From: a virus
Lineage: Duplodnaviria > Caudoviricetes
IMG/VR virus record: IMGVR_UViG_3300013426_000023
Span: 32,001-96,000 of that record
DNA length: 64,000 bases
Strand: one strand, 5' to 3'
Positions 45,723 through 56,900 of this stretch are shown piece after piece. The notes under the pieces are model-generated. The model was not told where the DNA came from. It searched no databases and was given only the letters and a program-made list of their open reading frames with translations. The number at the start of each line of letters is the position of its first letter. Within the stretch, counting starts at the first letter, position 1. Made by a program: the position numbers and the translations under genes.

Positions 45723-47943
45723 ATATCAAACTTCTATAACAAGTGAATTGCTTGATAAATATCCACAAGAAGTACAGGAACAATTCTTGGAATTTATAAA
45801 TAATGTACCTTATATAAGAAATTTAATATCTCCAAATAGACCATATACAAAAGATTTACCTAAAGATAAAAATGGTAGAGCTATAATAGATTTGACAAAT
45901 CCACCTTTACATGAAAATATGGATTATTTTAAGCCTACTGCAAAAACTTATCAAAAGTATGGAAAGGTAAGTACTTTAAGACCTAATCCTAATCCTAATA
46001 GTGAATATGGAAAATGGATAAGGGAAGAAGTAAGAAGATGTTATGATGGATATATTAGAGAAGATGGTGAATTTGTTACAGGGGATATGTATTATTTCCT
46101 TAATTATTGTCCTATATTATTAAGTAAGGTTGTAGATGGAAAGAAAGCACTTAGAGTATGGGACTTTCCTGAATTTTGGGAAGGTCACTGGCTTAAATTT
46201 AATTATATAGAAAAAGCTAGAAATGAAGGTCATCATGGTGCAGAATTGGCTAGTAGAAGTAAAGGTAAGTCATTTACTTTGGCATCAATGACAGCAAAGA
46301 GATTTGTGTTAGGAGAATCAAGGGAGGTTAATAGGGAAGTAAAGTGTTTAATTACTGCATATCAAAAAGAATACTTAGTAAAAGATGGTATATTGAATAA
46401 GTTTCAGTCTTATATTGATTTTGCAGCACAGAATACTGAATTTCCTACAAGAAGATTAAAGTCTTCTTTACAAGACATGTCATGGAAAATGGGATATATA
46501 GACCTTGATACTAATACACAAAAAGGTACGTTAAATGAAGTACTAGGAGTATCATCAAAAGATGATGAATCAAAACTTAGAGGTAAACGTGGAGTACTTA
46601 TAGGTATTGAGGAGTTTGGTTCATTTCCTAACTTATTAGGACTTTATGGAACATTAAGACCTTCTGTAGAGGAAGGTGATGTTACTTATGGTCTTATATA
46701 TGCACAAGGAACTGCTGGTGATGATGATTCTGATTTTGCTGGAGCACAAGAAATAATGTATAATCCTATGGGTTATAATATGGAAGCAATACCTAATGTA
46801 TATGATAAAGAAGGACAAGGTAGAAAATACTTTACCTATTTCTTTCCAGGCTTCATGAATAGAAAAGGTTGTTATGATAAAGATGGTAATAGTGATGTAG
46901 TAAAAGCATTACTTGAAATATTAATGAATAGATATAAAGTAAAGTATAATTCTACTGACATTAATGCTATTACAAAGACTGTATCAGAAGTACCTATTAC
47001 ACCACAAGAAGCTATTATTAGAACAAGAGGTAATATATTTCCTGTAACTGCAATAAATGAAAGATTAAATGAAATAGACAATAATCCTAATTTCTTTGAT
47101 GATGTTTATGTTGGTAAATTAGTAATGAATAGTAGTGGGAAGGTAGAATTTAAACCTACAAATGATATACCAATAAGAGATTTTCCTACTAAAGATAATA
47201 AAGTTGAGGGTGCTATTGAGATATATGAAATGCCTGTAAAACAATCTGATGGTAATGTAAATCCAGAAAGATATATAGCATCTCTAGATAATTATGAGAA
47301 TGATACTGCAAATACAATGTCATTAGGTTCTATATTTGTATTGGACTTATGGACAGATAGAATAGTAGCAGAATATACAGGAAGACCTATGTTTGTAGAT
47401 GACTTAAATGAAATAGCAAGACTAATTTGTTTCTTTTATAATTGTAAACTATTGTATGAGAATAATAAGAAAAATACATTTGCTTATTTCAGTAAGATGA
47501 ATTGTTTATATAAACTTGAAGATACACCAGAATATCTTAAACAAAGACAATTATTAAAAACTGTTGGATATGGTAATACTGCTAAAGGTGTAAATGCAAT
47601 ACCAGCAATTAAGAATCATGGTTTTTTATTAATTAAAGATTGGTTATTAAAACCAGTAACTATCACTGCTCCTATAGGAGCAAATGGAGAAGAGATAGAA
47701 ACTACTGTTCCAAATCTTCATTTTATAAAGAATAGAGCTTTATTAAAGGAATTATCATTATTTAATCCAGATATAAATGTAGATAGAATCATGAGTATGG
47801 TTCAATTAATGATATTTAGAGAACAAAAGATGATTATATATCAAGGAGAACTTGATGGTTCAAAAAGAGAATTTATTGATAAGAATTATATAGGAAATGA
47901 TGATTTTTTTAAGAGAAACTATGATGTAAGACATCATAATTAA
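45697..47943 (+). CDS. terL: Terminase large subunit
   Basis: ASRSKGKSF Walker A, IGIEEFG Walker B, GTAG, nuclease IASLDNY...YENN...VDRIMS. Confidence 0.9.
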   Translation: MESLIPTNKYQTSITSELLDKYPQEVQEQFLEFINNVPYIRNLISPNRPYTKDLPKDKNGRAIIDLTNPPLHENMDYFKPTAKTYQKYGKVSTLRPNPNPNSEYGKWIREEVRRCYDGYIREDGEFVTGDMYYFLNYCPILLSKVVDGKKALRVWDFPEFWEGHWLKFNYIEKARNEGHHGAELASRSKGKSFTLASMTAKRFVLGESREVNREVKCLITAYQKEYLVKDGILNKFQSYIDFAAQNTEFPTRRLKSSLQDMSWKMGYIDLDTNTQKGTLNEVLGVSSKDDESKLRGKRGVLIGIEEFGSFPNLLGLYGTLRPSVEEGDVTYGLIYAQGTAGDDDSDFAGAQEIMYNPMGYNMEAIPNVYDKEGQGRKYFTYFFPGFMNRKGCYDKDGNSDVVKALLEILMNRYKVKYNSTDINAITKTVSEVPITPQEAIIRTRGNIFPVTAINERLNEIDNNPNFFDDVYVGKLVMNSSGKVEFKPTNDIPIRDFPTKDNKVEGAIEIYEMPVKQSDGNVNPERYIASLDNYENDTANTMSLGSIFVLDLWTDRIVAEYTGRPMFVDDLNEIARLICFFYNCKLLYENNKKNTFAYFSKMNCLYKLEDTPEYLKQRQLLKTVGYGNTAKGVNAIPAIKNHGFLLIKDWLLKPVTITAPIGANGEEIETTVPNLHFIKNRALLKELSLFNPDINVDRIMSMVQLMIFREQKMIIYQGELDGSKREFIDKNYIGNDDFFKRNYDVRHHN

Positions 47944-47966
47944 CATATTCATTTAATACATTAAAT

Positions 47967-48002
47967 AAATCCACTTATATTAAAGTATAGGTGGATTTTT
48001 TT
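47967..48002 (+). terminator. Intrinsic terminator followed by a TATTTTTG promoter core
   Basis: AAATCCACTTAT-ATTAAAGT-ATAGGTGGATTTTTTT. Confidence 0.7.
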
Positions 48003-48037
48003 ATGTATTTTTGCATATAAAAATTAAATAGAATAAT

Positions 48038-50425
48038 ATGAGTATAAATAACATATTTCCAAGACAAACACTACCTTTTAATAAGAAAGGTAAAGAATGG
48101 CAAAAACAATGTGTAGATTTTGCTGATAGCAGAAGTTACTCTCATTATTCTCCATGTAGAAATAGTGTAAGAAAGAAAATTATTAATTATAATTTACTTA
48201 ATGGTAGATTAGACATGAGGGATTTACAATTAATTTTAAATCCTGAAGGTTTAAAAGTTGATTATATACCAGCTAAATTACAGCATTATCCTATAATGAA
48301 CTCAAAGCTTAATGTACTTAAGGGAGAAGAATCAAAAAGAGTATTTGATTTTAGGGTTGTTATTACTAATCCTACAGCTATCTCAGAGATAGAGGAGAAT
48401 AAGAAACAAGAGTATACAAATAAAATACAAGAATGGATTCAAAGTAATGCTACTGATGATGAAGCACAACAAGAATTAGCTTCAATTACAGATTATATGT
48501 CATATGATTGGCAGGACATGAGAGAGATGAGAGGTAATTTTGTACTTAATCATTATATGAAAGAATATGATATATCTTCAATATTTAATTCTGGTTTCAT
48601 GGATGCAATGACTGTAGGAGAAGAAATATATTATATAGGTATTGTAGGTGGTGAACCTGTAATAGAAAGATTAAATCCTACAAAAGTAAGAGTACTTAAA
48701 TCTGGCTTTTCAAATAAAATTGAGGATGCTGACATGATTATCATTGAAGATTATTGGAGTCCTGGAAAAATAATAGATAATTTTTATGATGTATTATCAC
48801 AAAACGATATTAAAAAAATTGAGGATTTTCCTAATAATTTAGGTACAGATAATACTGATAGAAATGGTAATATTGACCCTATGTATGGTGTACTTCCTGC
48901 AAGTGTTGTATATAGTGATGATGACAATGGAATGGAAGGAGAAAATACTGAAGATAAATTTATGCTAAATCTTGATGGTTATAATCCTACTATGATGGCT
49001 TATGATTATGCAGGTAATATAAGAGTACTTAGAGTATTTTGGAAATCAAAAAGAAAGATAAAGAAAGTAAAGTATTATGATGAGAATGGAGATGAACAAT
49101 TTAACTTCTATACTGAACAATATGTAATAGACAAAGATAGAGGTGAAGAAGAACAAGTACTATACATTAATGAAGCATGGGAAGGTACTAAGATAGGTAC
49201 AGATATTTATGTAAATATACAACCTATGCCGTGTCAATTTAATAGACTGAGTAATCCTTCAAGATGTCATTTTGGTATCATAGGTTCTATTTATAATCTT
49301 AATGATGATAAACCATTTAGTATGGTGGATATGATGAAACCTTATGCTTATTTATATGATGTAATTCATGATAGATTAAATAAGTTACTTGCAAGAAACT
49401 GGGGTACTTTAGTTAATCTTGATTTAGCTAAGATACCAAAAGGATGGGATGTAGACAAAGTACTTTATTATGCAAAGACAATGGGTCTTAATGTAGTAGA
49501 TTCATTTAAGGAAGGTACTTCTGGTGCTGCTACAGGAAAACTTGCAGCATCTTTAAATAATGCCTCTACAGGAGTTATTCAAGCTAATGATGCACAATCA
49601 ATACAACAATACATACAATTACTTGAGTTTATCAAGAATGAAATGTCTGAAGTTGTTGGTATTACAAAACAAAGAGAAGGTCAGATTAGTAATAGAGAGA
49701 CTGTTGGTGGTGTAGAAAGAAGTACATTACAATCTTCACATATTACTGAATGGGTATTTATAGTACATGAGAATTTGAAAAAAAGAGTACTTGAAGCCTT
49801 TCTTGAAGTAGCAAAGATAGCAATGAAAGGTAATAAGAAGAAATTTCCTTATATATTACCTAATGGAATGGAGAAAATGGTTGAAATAGATGGAGATGAG
49901 TTTGCAGAGTGTGACTATGGTTTAGTAGTTGATAATAGTGATGCTACACAAAAGTTAAACTCTCAAATGGAGACACTTGCACAAGCAGCTCTACAAAATC
50001 AATTATTATCATTCTCAAGTATTATGAAATTATATGGTTCTGCATCTATTGCTGAGAAAACAAGACTTATTGAGAAAGAAGAACAAGCTAAACAAGAGCA
50101 AGCACAACAACAAGCACAACAAGAACAACAAGCTCAACAAGAAGTATTACAACAAAAAGCACAGAGTGAACAAGAGCAAAGAGACCAAGAATATAAGATG
50201 AATCAAGAAAATAATGAGACTAAAATTATTGTTGCTCAAATTAGTGCTCAAGCAAAGGTTGATACTACTGATTTTACTCCAGAAGATAATAGTATGGAAC
50301 AAGCAAAGCTTGAAGAAAACAGAAGACAATTTAATGAAAATTTAAGTTTTCTCAGAGATAAGTCTGAAAAAGAATTAAATATAAAGAGACAACAATTACA
50401 TAAACAACAAGCAACTAAGAAATGA
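48038..50425 (+). CDS. Portal protein
   Basis: Follows terL; FPRQ.LP..KK N-terminus, GITKQREGQIS.RETVGGVER, Q-rich coiled-coil tail typical of crAss-like portals. Confidence 0.88.
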   Translation: MSINNIFPRQTLPFNKKGKEWQKQCVDFADSRSYSHYSPCRNSVRKKIINYNLLNGRLDMRDLQLILNPEGLKVDYIPAKLQHYPIMNSKLNVLKGEESKRVFDFRVVITNPTAISEIEENKKQEYTNKIQEWIQSNATDDEAQQELASITDYMSYDWQDMREMRGNFVLNHYMKEYDISSIFNSGFMDAMTVGEEIYYIGIVGGEPVIERLNPTKVRVLKSGFSNKIEDADMIIIEDYWSPGKIIDNFYDVLSQNDIKKIEDFPNNLGTDNTDRNGNIDPMYGVLPASVVYSDDDNGMEGENTEDKFMLNLDGYNPTMMAYDYAGNIRVLRVFWKSKRKIKKVKYYDENGDEQFNFYTEQYVIDKDRGEEEQVLYINEAWEGTKIGTDIYVNIQPMPCQFNRLSNPSRCHFGIIGSIYNLNDDKPFSMVDMMKPYAYLYDVIHDRLNKLLARNWGTLVNLDLAKIPKGWDVDKVLYYAKTMGLNVVDSFKEGTSGAATGKLAASLNNASTGVIQANDAQSIQQYIQLLEFIKNEMSEVVGITKQREGQISNRETVGGVERSTLQSSHITEWVFIVHENLKKRVLEAFLEVAKIAMKGNKKKFPYILPNGMEKMVEIDGDEFAECDYGLVVDNSDATQKLNSQMETLAQAALQNQLLSFSSIMKLYGSASIAEKTRLIEKEEQAKQEQAQQQAQQEQQAQQEVLQQKAQSEQEQRDQEYKMNQENNETKIIVAQISAQAKVDTTDFTPEDNSMEQAKLEENRRQFNENLSFLRDKSEKELNIKRQQLHKQQATKK

Positions 50426-53400
50426 CAGATATAAGACAATTAATAAAAAGTAATAAGGAAGAGATATTTCCACAGTCATTTGTAGAAGCTATAACAGAAA
50501 GAAGTACAGGTAAATCATTATCAGATATTCTTAGAGGATTCAACAATATATTTGTAGCTTATACTGATAATGAGGAAAATACAAGATTACAAGTACCTCT
50601 TACTTATAGAAAGCAAGGACTTACACTTACATATGTAAATGATAACACTGTCATAAGTGCTATTTATATAGGAAATACAATACTTGATGATGATTGGAAA
50701 TTAAGTAAGAATTGGAAATTGGTAAATACTTCAATTCCTTATTGGAAGATTGAAAATAATCAATTCAAATATTCTATAGATGGAAGTACTTGGTATGATG
50801 CAGGAGATATAAATACAAATAATATATGGTTAAGTGAAAATCCACCTATAGATACAACAAATTATCCTATTTGGGCAGACCCATCTGATACTTATATATT
50901 AAATAGTGATACAGATGAAATAAAGAATATAAAAACTCAGTTAAAAGAACTATCAACTAAAATAAAGGGTATTGAAAAACTTACTACAATAGGTGTTGTA
51001 GCTTCTACTGTTGCAGATAGTTATAGAAGACAGATAATGAGTACTGCTACTCCAGAAAAACCTGAAGATGCTACTGATGTTGATGATACTGATGATAGTG
51101 AAGATAAACCTGATACTTCTGACATAGAACCAACTACAACTCATATAGCAATAAAGAGTGATACAGCTGCTAATTTTACGAAGAATAAGCAAGATTTAAT
51201 AGATAGTGAAATATTGTTTTATACTGATAGAAAGAAAATAGCTATTTATTATAAAGGTAATTTCTATGTACTTGGTTCTTCAGGTGAATCTAGTGGTGGA
51301 GGTGGTCTTTCTGTTGATGAATTATATAGTCTTGAAATAGAGAATTTACTATTTACAAATGGTAATAAATTATATAGAGTAAAAGTAGATTCAGATGGTG
51401 ATTGGAGAGTATTGGAATATAATAAAGAACCTATATCTGTAGGTTCACCAGATGCAGCATGGGGAGTTTATATAAATTACTTATTGTGTATAAATGAAGT
51501 ATTTTGTGGAGGTAATAATACAGAAGGTACTATGGTATCACATAATTTTATTGAACTTGCCAATGCATCAAATACAGATATAAATCTTAATGGAATACAT
51601 TTATTGTATACTGATGGTTCACAAGAAGACCCATCAGATGTAGGATATATATGGAAAGTACTTGATTTACAAGGTACTATAAAGGCAGGTTCTACATTTG
51701 TAATAAGAGGTAATAGATGTAATAGTGATAAAGCAAGTTTTATAAAAGTACAAAGTTATGATATGGAATGGGATATTACATTTAATCAAGGTAAATCTTC
51801 ATTCTTACTTTGTGCAGGTGATAAGTATAAAGAACTGCTTAATAAGAAACAACTTAGAAATACTTGGAACAAAAATACTATAATAGAAGGATATATAGAT
51901 GCTTGTGGTTTTGGTGAAGGTGCTTCCGCTGAGGGTACAGGTAACTTCCTTGTAAATAGTGATTGGAATAACACGTTGTTTGTAAGATGGTTTATGTTAG
52001 ACCCTTGTAAGCAAGGTAATAAAGCATATTCCGCAAGAAGTACTTCTGCCCTTTGGACATATATAGATTTAAGCAAACATGATGAATATATGGGTAATAG
52101 TACACAATATTATTATCCAGATTATATAAAACAGCTTTATACTCCAAGAGCTTCTTATGAGAAAAAGGATTTCTTTACTAATAAAAATAAATTTGATAAT
52201 ACTAAACCTAATTATGTTTGTGTTACATTTGGCATACAAGCTACTGATAATGGTAATGGTGCTACAAGGTGTTTTAATTGGATTTCTGTTGGTTATTACG
52301 ATGAGTATTTGGAGTATAAAATTGAAGGTACAGATGAATGGAAGAAAGTTTATTCCATAACAAAAAATAATAGGAATAATACTGATGACATTAATAAATA
52401 TATAGATTATTATCAAAGACTTAAATGGACTACATCAGATGGTATGTGGGTAACTACACATAAATGTATAGTCAAAGGATTAAAAAAAGGTATTTATGAA
52501 TATAGAATTGGTAGAGATAATAATAGTTTCTATAAGAGTGAGATAAAAACTTTTACAGTTAAATCAGATTCTGATGTAAAAACATTTAGTTTTATACAGA
52601 CAACTGACCAACAAGGTTTTAATTGGGCAGAATATCAAGCATGGAAGAAGTCAGCTTATGTACTTAGTAATAATGAAAATAACTTTGATTTTACTATAAA
52701 TACAGGTGATATTACACAAAATGGAAATAGAGTAAATGAATGGTTAGATTATTATGATGGTAGACAATTTATTGATGACAAAGAAGAAATGTTCACAATA
52801 GGTAATAATGATTTATGTGGTCATAATAGTACAGAGCTTACAGATGGTAATGATAATACATCAAAATATAATCATATAAATGTATTAAGATACTTTACAT
52901 TTGAACTTGATATAAATAATAATTATTACTTTACATGGAATGAACAACAATATCCTATTTATTCAATGTATTCATTTAATTATGGTAATTATCATTTTAT
53001 ATCATTAAATTCTGAAATAGCACAAGCATCAAGTAAGATGTATAAAGATTGGAATACTGTAAGTAGTGGTGATGCAACTATGGCTAATGCCGCTAATGCA
53101 GCTATAGAGGATTGGTTTATAAAAGACTTACAATTATATACTAAAAATGATAATCCTACTAATTGTAAGAATTGTATAGTATATATGCATGAAATGCCAT
53201 TTACAATTGTTACATATGGTTTCATGACATCTACTGCTGAAAGAGTAGGTTCTCATTTAAATATATTGAATGATAAAGGATTATATAGATTCTCAAGATT
53301 ATTCAAGAAATATGGTATTAGATTAGTAATAGGTGGACATAAACATACATATAGTATATCAAAACCTATATATGATGCACCTACAGGTTATATTGATAAT

Positions 53401-53916
53401 AATAATCATATAAATAATAATATAGACCTTATGTCTGAATTACAAAAAGGTGATACCAGAAAACCTGTTATACAAGTTACTAAAGGTGAATATGTGCAGA
53501 GTAATGAATATGCAAGATATGAAATTGTTGATAAAATTAATGCTCCTACTTATGTAATGTCACAAGCTACAGGATATAAATTAATATCAAATAAGGAACA
53601 ACCTGCAAGTGATATAATAAATCCTTGGTTATTATCCTATTTTATGTCTACAGGTCAAAGTAATGCAAAGGAAAACTTAAAGCAACATTATCCTATGTAT
53701 ATAAGATATGATTTAAGTGATATAGATATAAAAGTAACTGCAAGACAAGTACAAAATGTATGGAATGTTAATATAACAAACAATACAAAGACTTTTGATA
53801 TGAATAGACAACTTACAGATTTAGGTGTAAAAAATATGACATTATCTGAAATTTCTGATAATGATATGACTGCTTATAATGTAACAGATAAAGAAACATA
53901 TACAATTAAACTATAA
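50422..53916 (+). CDS. Structural/appendage protein with lamin-tail domain and purple-acid-phosphatase-like metallophosphoesterase
   Basis: LTD INEVF...NFIELAN..TDINLNG; FN3-like RCFNW...HKCIVKGL..YEYRIG; TTDQQ, TGDITQNG, IGNNDL, MHEMPF, GGHKHTY. Confidence 0.75.
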   Translation: MTDIRQLIKSNKEEIFPQSFVEAITERSTGKSLSDILRGFNNIFVAYTDNEENTRLQVPLTYRKQGLTLTYVNDNTVISAIYIGNTILDDDWKLSKNWKLVNTSIPYWKIENNQFKYSIDGSTWYDAGDINTNNIWLSENPPIDTTNYPIWADPSDTYILNSDTDEIKNIKTQLKELSTKIKGIEKLTTIGVVASTVADSYRRQIMSTATPEKPEDATDVDDTDDSEDKPDTSDIEPTTTHIAIKSDTAANFTKNKQDLIDSEILFYTDRKKIAIYYKGNFYVLGSSGESSGGGGLSVDELYSLEIENLLFTNGNKLYRVKVDSDGDWRVLEYNKEPISVGSPDAAWGVYINYLLCINEVFCGGNNTEGTMVSHNFIELANASNTDINLNGIHLLYTDGSQEDPSDVGYIWKVLDLQGTIKAGSTFVIRGNRCNSDKASFIKVQSYDMEWDITFNQGKSSFLLCAGDKYKELLNKKQLRNTWNKNTIIEGYIDACGFGEGASAEGTGNFLVNSDWNNTLFVRWFMLDPCKQGNKAYSARSTSALWTYIDLSKHDEYMGNSTQYYYPDYIKQLYTPRASYEKKDFFTNKNKFDNTKPNYVCVTFGIQATDNGNGATRCFNWISVGYYDEYLEYKIEGTDEWKKVYSITKNNRNNTDDINKYIDYYQRLKWTTSDGMWVTTHKCIVKGLKKGIYEYRIGRDNNSFYKSEIKTFTVKSDSDVKTFSFIQTTDQQGFNWAEYQAWKKSAYVLSNNENNFDFTINTGDITQNGNRVNEWLDYYDGRQFIDDKEEMFTIGNNDLCGHNSTELTDGNDNTSKYNHINVLRYFTFELDINNNYYFTWNEQQYPIYSMYSFNYGNYHFISLNSEIAQASSKMYKDWNTVSSGDATMANAANAAIEDWFIKDLQLYTKNDNPTNCKNCIVYMHEMPFTIVTYGFMTSTAERVGSHLNILNDKGLYRFSRLFKKYGIRLVIGGHKHTYSISKPIYDAPTGYIDNNNHINNNIDLMSELQKGDTRKPVIQVTKGEYVQSNEYARYEIVDKINAPTYVMSQATGYKLISNKEQPASDIINPWLLSYFMSTGQSNAKENLKQHYPMYIRYDLSDIDIKVTARQVQNVWNVNITNNTKTFDMNRQLTDLGVKNMTLSEISDNDMTAYNVTDKETYTIKL

Positions 53917-53917
53917 T

Positions 53918-56900
53918 ATGGGAAGTTTAAAAATAAAAAATAATAATGGAGAGGATTGGAAAGTCCTCTCCTCAAATAATTCCAAGGGTATCTCAGTAAC
54001 AAATCAAAACTTACTTGAAGAAGGAATAAACTATACTTCAGTAGATGATGTACTTGAGAGACATGAGGAAGACATAGATAAACTAAAGAGAAATGTATCA
54101 TGGCTTGCAAAACATGGAGGTGGTGGTTCTGGAGGTTCTGGAGGTAGTACTGTAACAGAAGCTACTTGTAAAATTACTGTAAATGAAAAAGAAAATGGAA
54201 GTCAAATAATATTAACAAATAGTGGGCTTAGTATCAAACTTAATGATATAGATGTAAAAATTACTGGTAATTGGAAAGTATCTATAAGTATTGGTAGTAC
54301 ACAAATATATACAGGTAGTGCTTCATTCGTCAATCCTACTATATTACTTAGTGCTAATAAGATATATGATAATCTTACAAATCATACAGGATTACTTCAT
54401 GTAACAGCAACATATGAAGATGAAAATAAAGGTATATATGGTTCTGCTTCTTGGGATGGTACAGTAGTTGAAAGTAATGTAGAAATTTCAGTAGACAATC
54501 AAGATTATACTTACGAAGATTTAGTAGGTAAGGAATTGTCAATTAGATATTCATCTGGTGTAATAGGTAGTTATACACTTACAATTGAGGCGTATAAAGA
54601 CAATAACAAAATAAACTCAATTACTGAAAAAATAAATATAACTACATCAAGCTCAAGCACTATAAATAAGATAGTAACTGACCTTATTAAATCTTCAGAT
54701 GCAACATCTACTGTTGGTGTTTATACATTAAAATTCTATCTTACAAATGATAATAATACTGAAGTAAGTGGAGAAACATCTTGTAATATAACAATAGTAA
54801 GTGATGAGATTCTTATAGCTACTACATATATGAGTGAAGATATATTAAATCCTACTGAAGTTAGCTTGGATTCTACAATTAATACTAGATTTACTGCTTA
54901 CCTTTCAGGTGCTTCATTCTATAGTTATACTTATAGTATAGATGATATAAATCTTCTTACCTCTACAGGAACATTTGGTGAAGAGAATATAGATTTCTTA
55001 TCAATAAAATCACTTGATTTAAATGTTGATGATATTAAAGCTCTTAAACTAAGTATTAAGTCTGGTGATAATACAGCAACAAAAACATGGTATATAAAGT
55101 TTGTGCAAGCTAAAAATACATTACTTACTCTTGACAATAGTATTAATGCAGAAAATATATTTCATTTTGATAATACCCAATATTCTGAAGGAGTACAAGA
55201 TATAGAAAATATATTAAGTACAGGTCTTGTAAAAACAAATCTTAATTTACATTATTCAAATAGTCTATGTGGTATGAGAACTAATCAAACTACAAGACTT
55301 CCTTATTATAGAATAAGTAATGGATGTTATGGTACTTTAGGTCCTTGGATATTAAATGATGTTGAATATAACACTTTTAACTTGTTTAATAGAAAGAGAG
55401 AATTTACAATATCAATATGTTTTAAGGCTGATTATCATCCAGATGATAATAGAACTATATTCTTCATGGGTAGTACTTCTTCAAGTAGTGGTGAAGAAGG
55501 TAATATCATTAAAGGTATATCAATAGATGTTCATGATATATACATTAATAATGAGTCTGTTGCAAAACTTACAGATGATACAGTAAATATAGTTGATATA
55601 GTATGTAGACAAACTGAATATAAAACTATGGTTGGTGATGAACTACAAACTATTAATGGCTATATTATAAAAGTATATATTGATGGTGTAATGACTTCTG
55701 TAAAGGAATATAGCACATATATATTTGATAATACAATCTTTAATAATATATATCTTGGTGGTAGACCTTACAGTGGTAAAGATAAAGATGAAATTGCTTA
55801 TCTTTGTGATTGTTCAATATATTCACTTGATATATATACAACAGTACTTGATGAATATGATATAATGATAAAATACATCAATAATCAAGTAATATCAAAA
55901 TATGTTGATGGTGCTCCGAATTATGATATAATAGGTGAACAACTTAGATATAACTTCTGTTCAAGAAATTCAGATGGTACTGTAAATTCATTATTATATA
56001 ATAAAGCAATAGGTTCTTATGATATTAGTTTCTTATTATCAGGTAATAATCTTGATATAAATAAGCTTAATACCAATGCAAAGGAAATAGGTCTTCCTAT
56101 AATGCTCATTGATGTAAGTAACATACCAGATTGGACATTCAATAACTTTGTTCAACTACAAAGTGATGATAGTAGAAAACTTGCAGATGCAGATAATGTT
56201 CCTATACAATATTATGACCCTAATGGAAGTAATTCAAGTGTAGTGAAAATTTCTGGTTGTACTATTGCATTACAAGGTACTTCTACATTAAAAGATGCAG
56301 TTAAGAACATTAATATAACTGTACCTAATGATAGTGTATTTATACCAAAAGATACTTGGTTTCCAGAACAAACGTATACATTAAAAGCTGATGTTGTTGA
56401 TAGTTCACATAGTAATAATGCAGCAATAGGTAATTTTATAAATACTGAATTTGGTACAGATGTATTGGATAAAAATAATTTAATGCCTTTTGACAATACT
56501 GCAATATCAAATGTAAATGAATCAAACTATAAAAAGACGCAACAACCAAAAGTAACATTGAAACATACAGTTGAGGGATTCCCTATATTGTTGATTATGT
56601 GTTTTAATACTACTGATATAGGACAGATTTCTGTAACACCTTTAGGTATTTATTCATTTAACTTAGGTAGAAATGCATATAGAAATTTAGGATTTAAAAA
56701 ACTTGACTCAATTACTGTCAAAGATAGTACTGAGAAGATAGAAATTGGTACATATCCATTCTCAATGAATAATGTTCAATATAATGAAACTGATTCTGAT
56801 GCTAACTGGCTTGAGGTAGGAGCTACAGCTTCTGTACCACAATTACTTAATATAACTGAAAATAATGTTCTTCCTGATAATTTAGATTCTTCAAGAGGTG

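Noticed and set aside
8158-47943. Inteins, introns or homing endonucleases in PolB, NrdD, helicases or terminase
   Set aside because: Ordinary lengths, continuous frames, no splice or LAGLIDADG/HNH motifs noticed
50070-50200. CAA-rich repeat
   Set aside because: Encodes the Gln-rich coiled coil of the portal C-terminus
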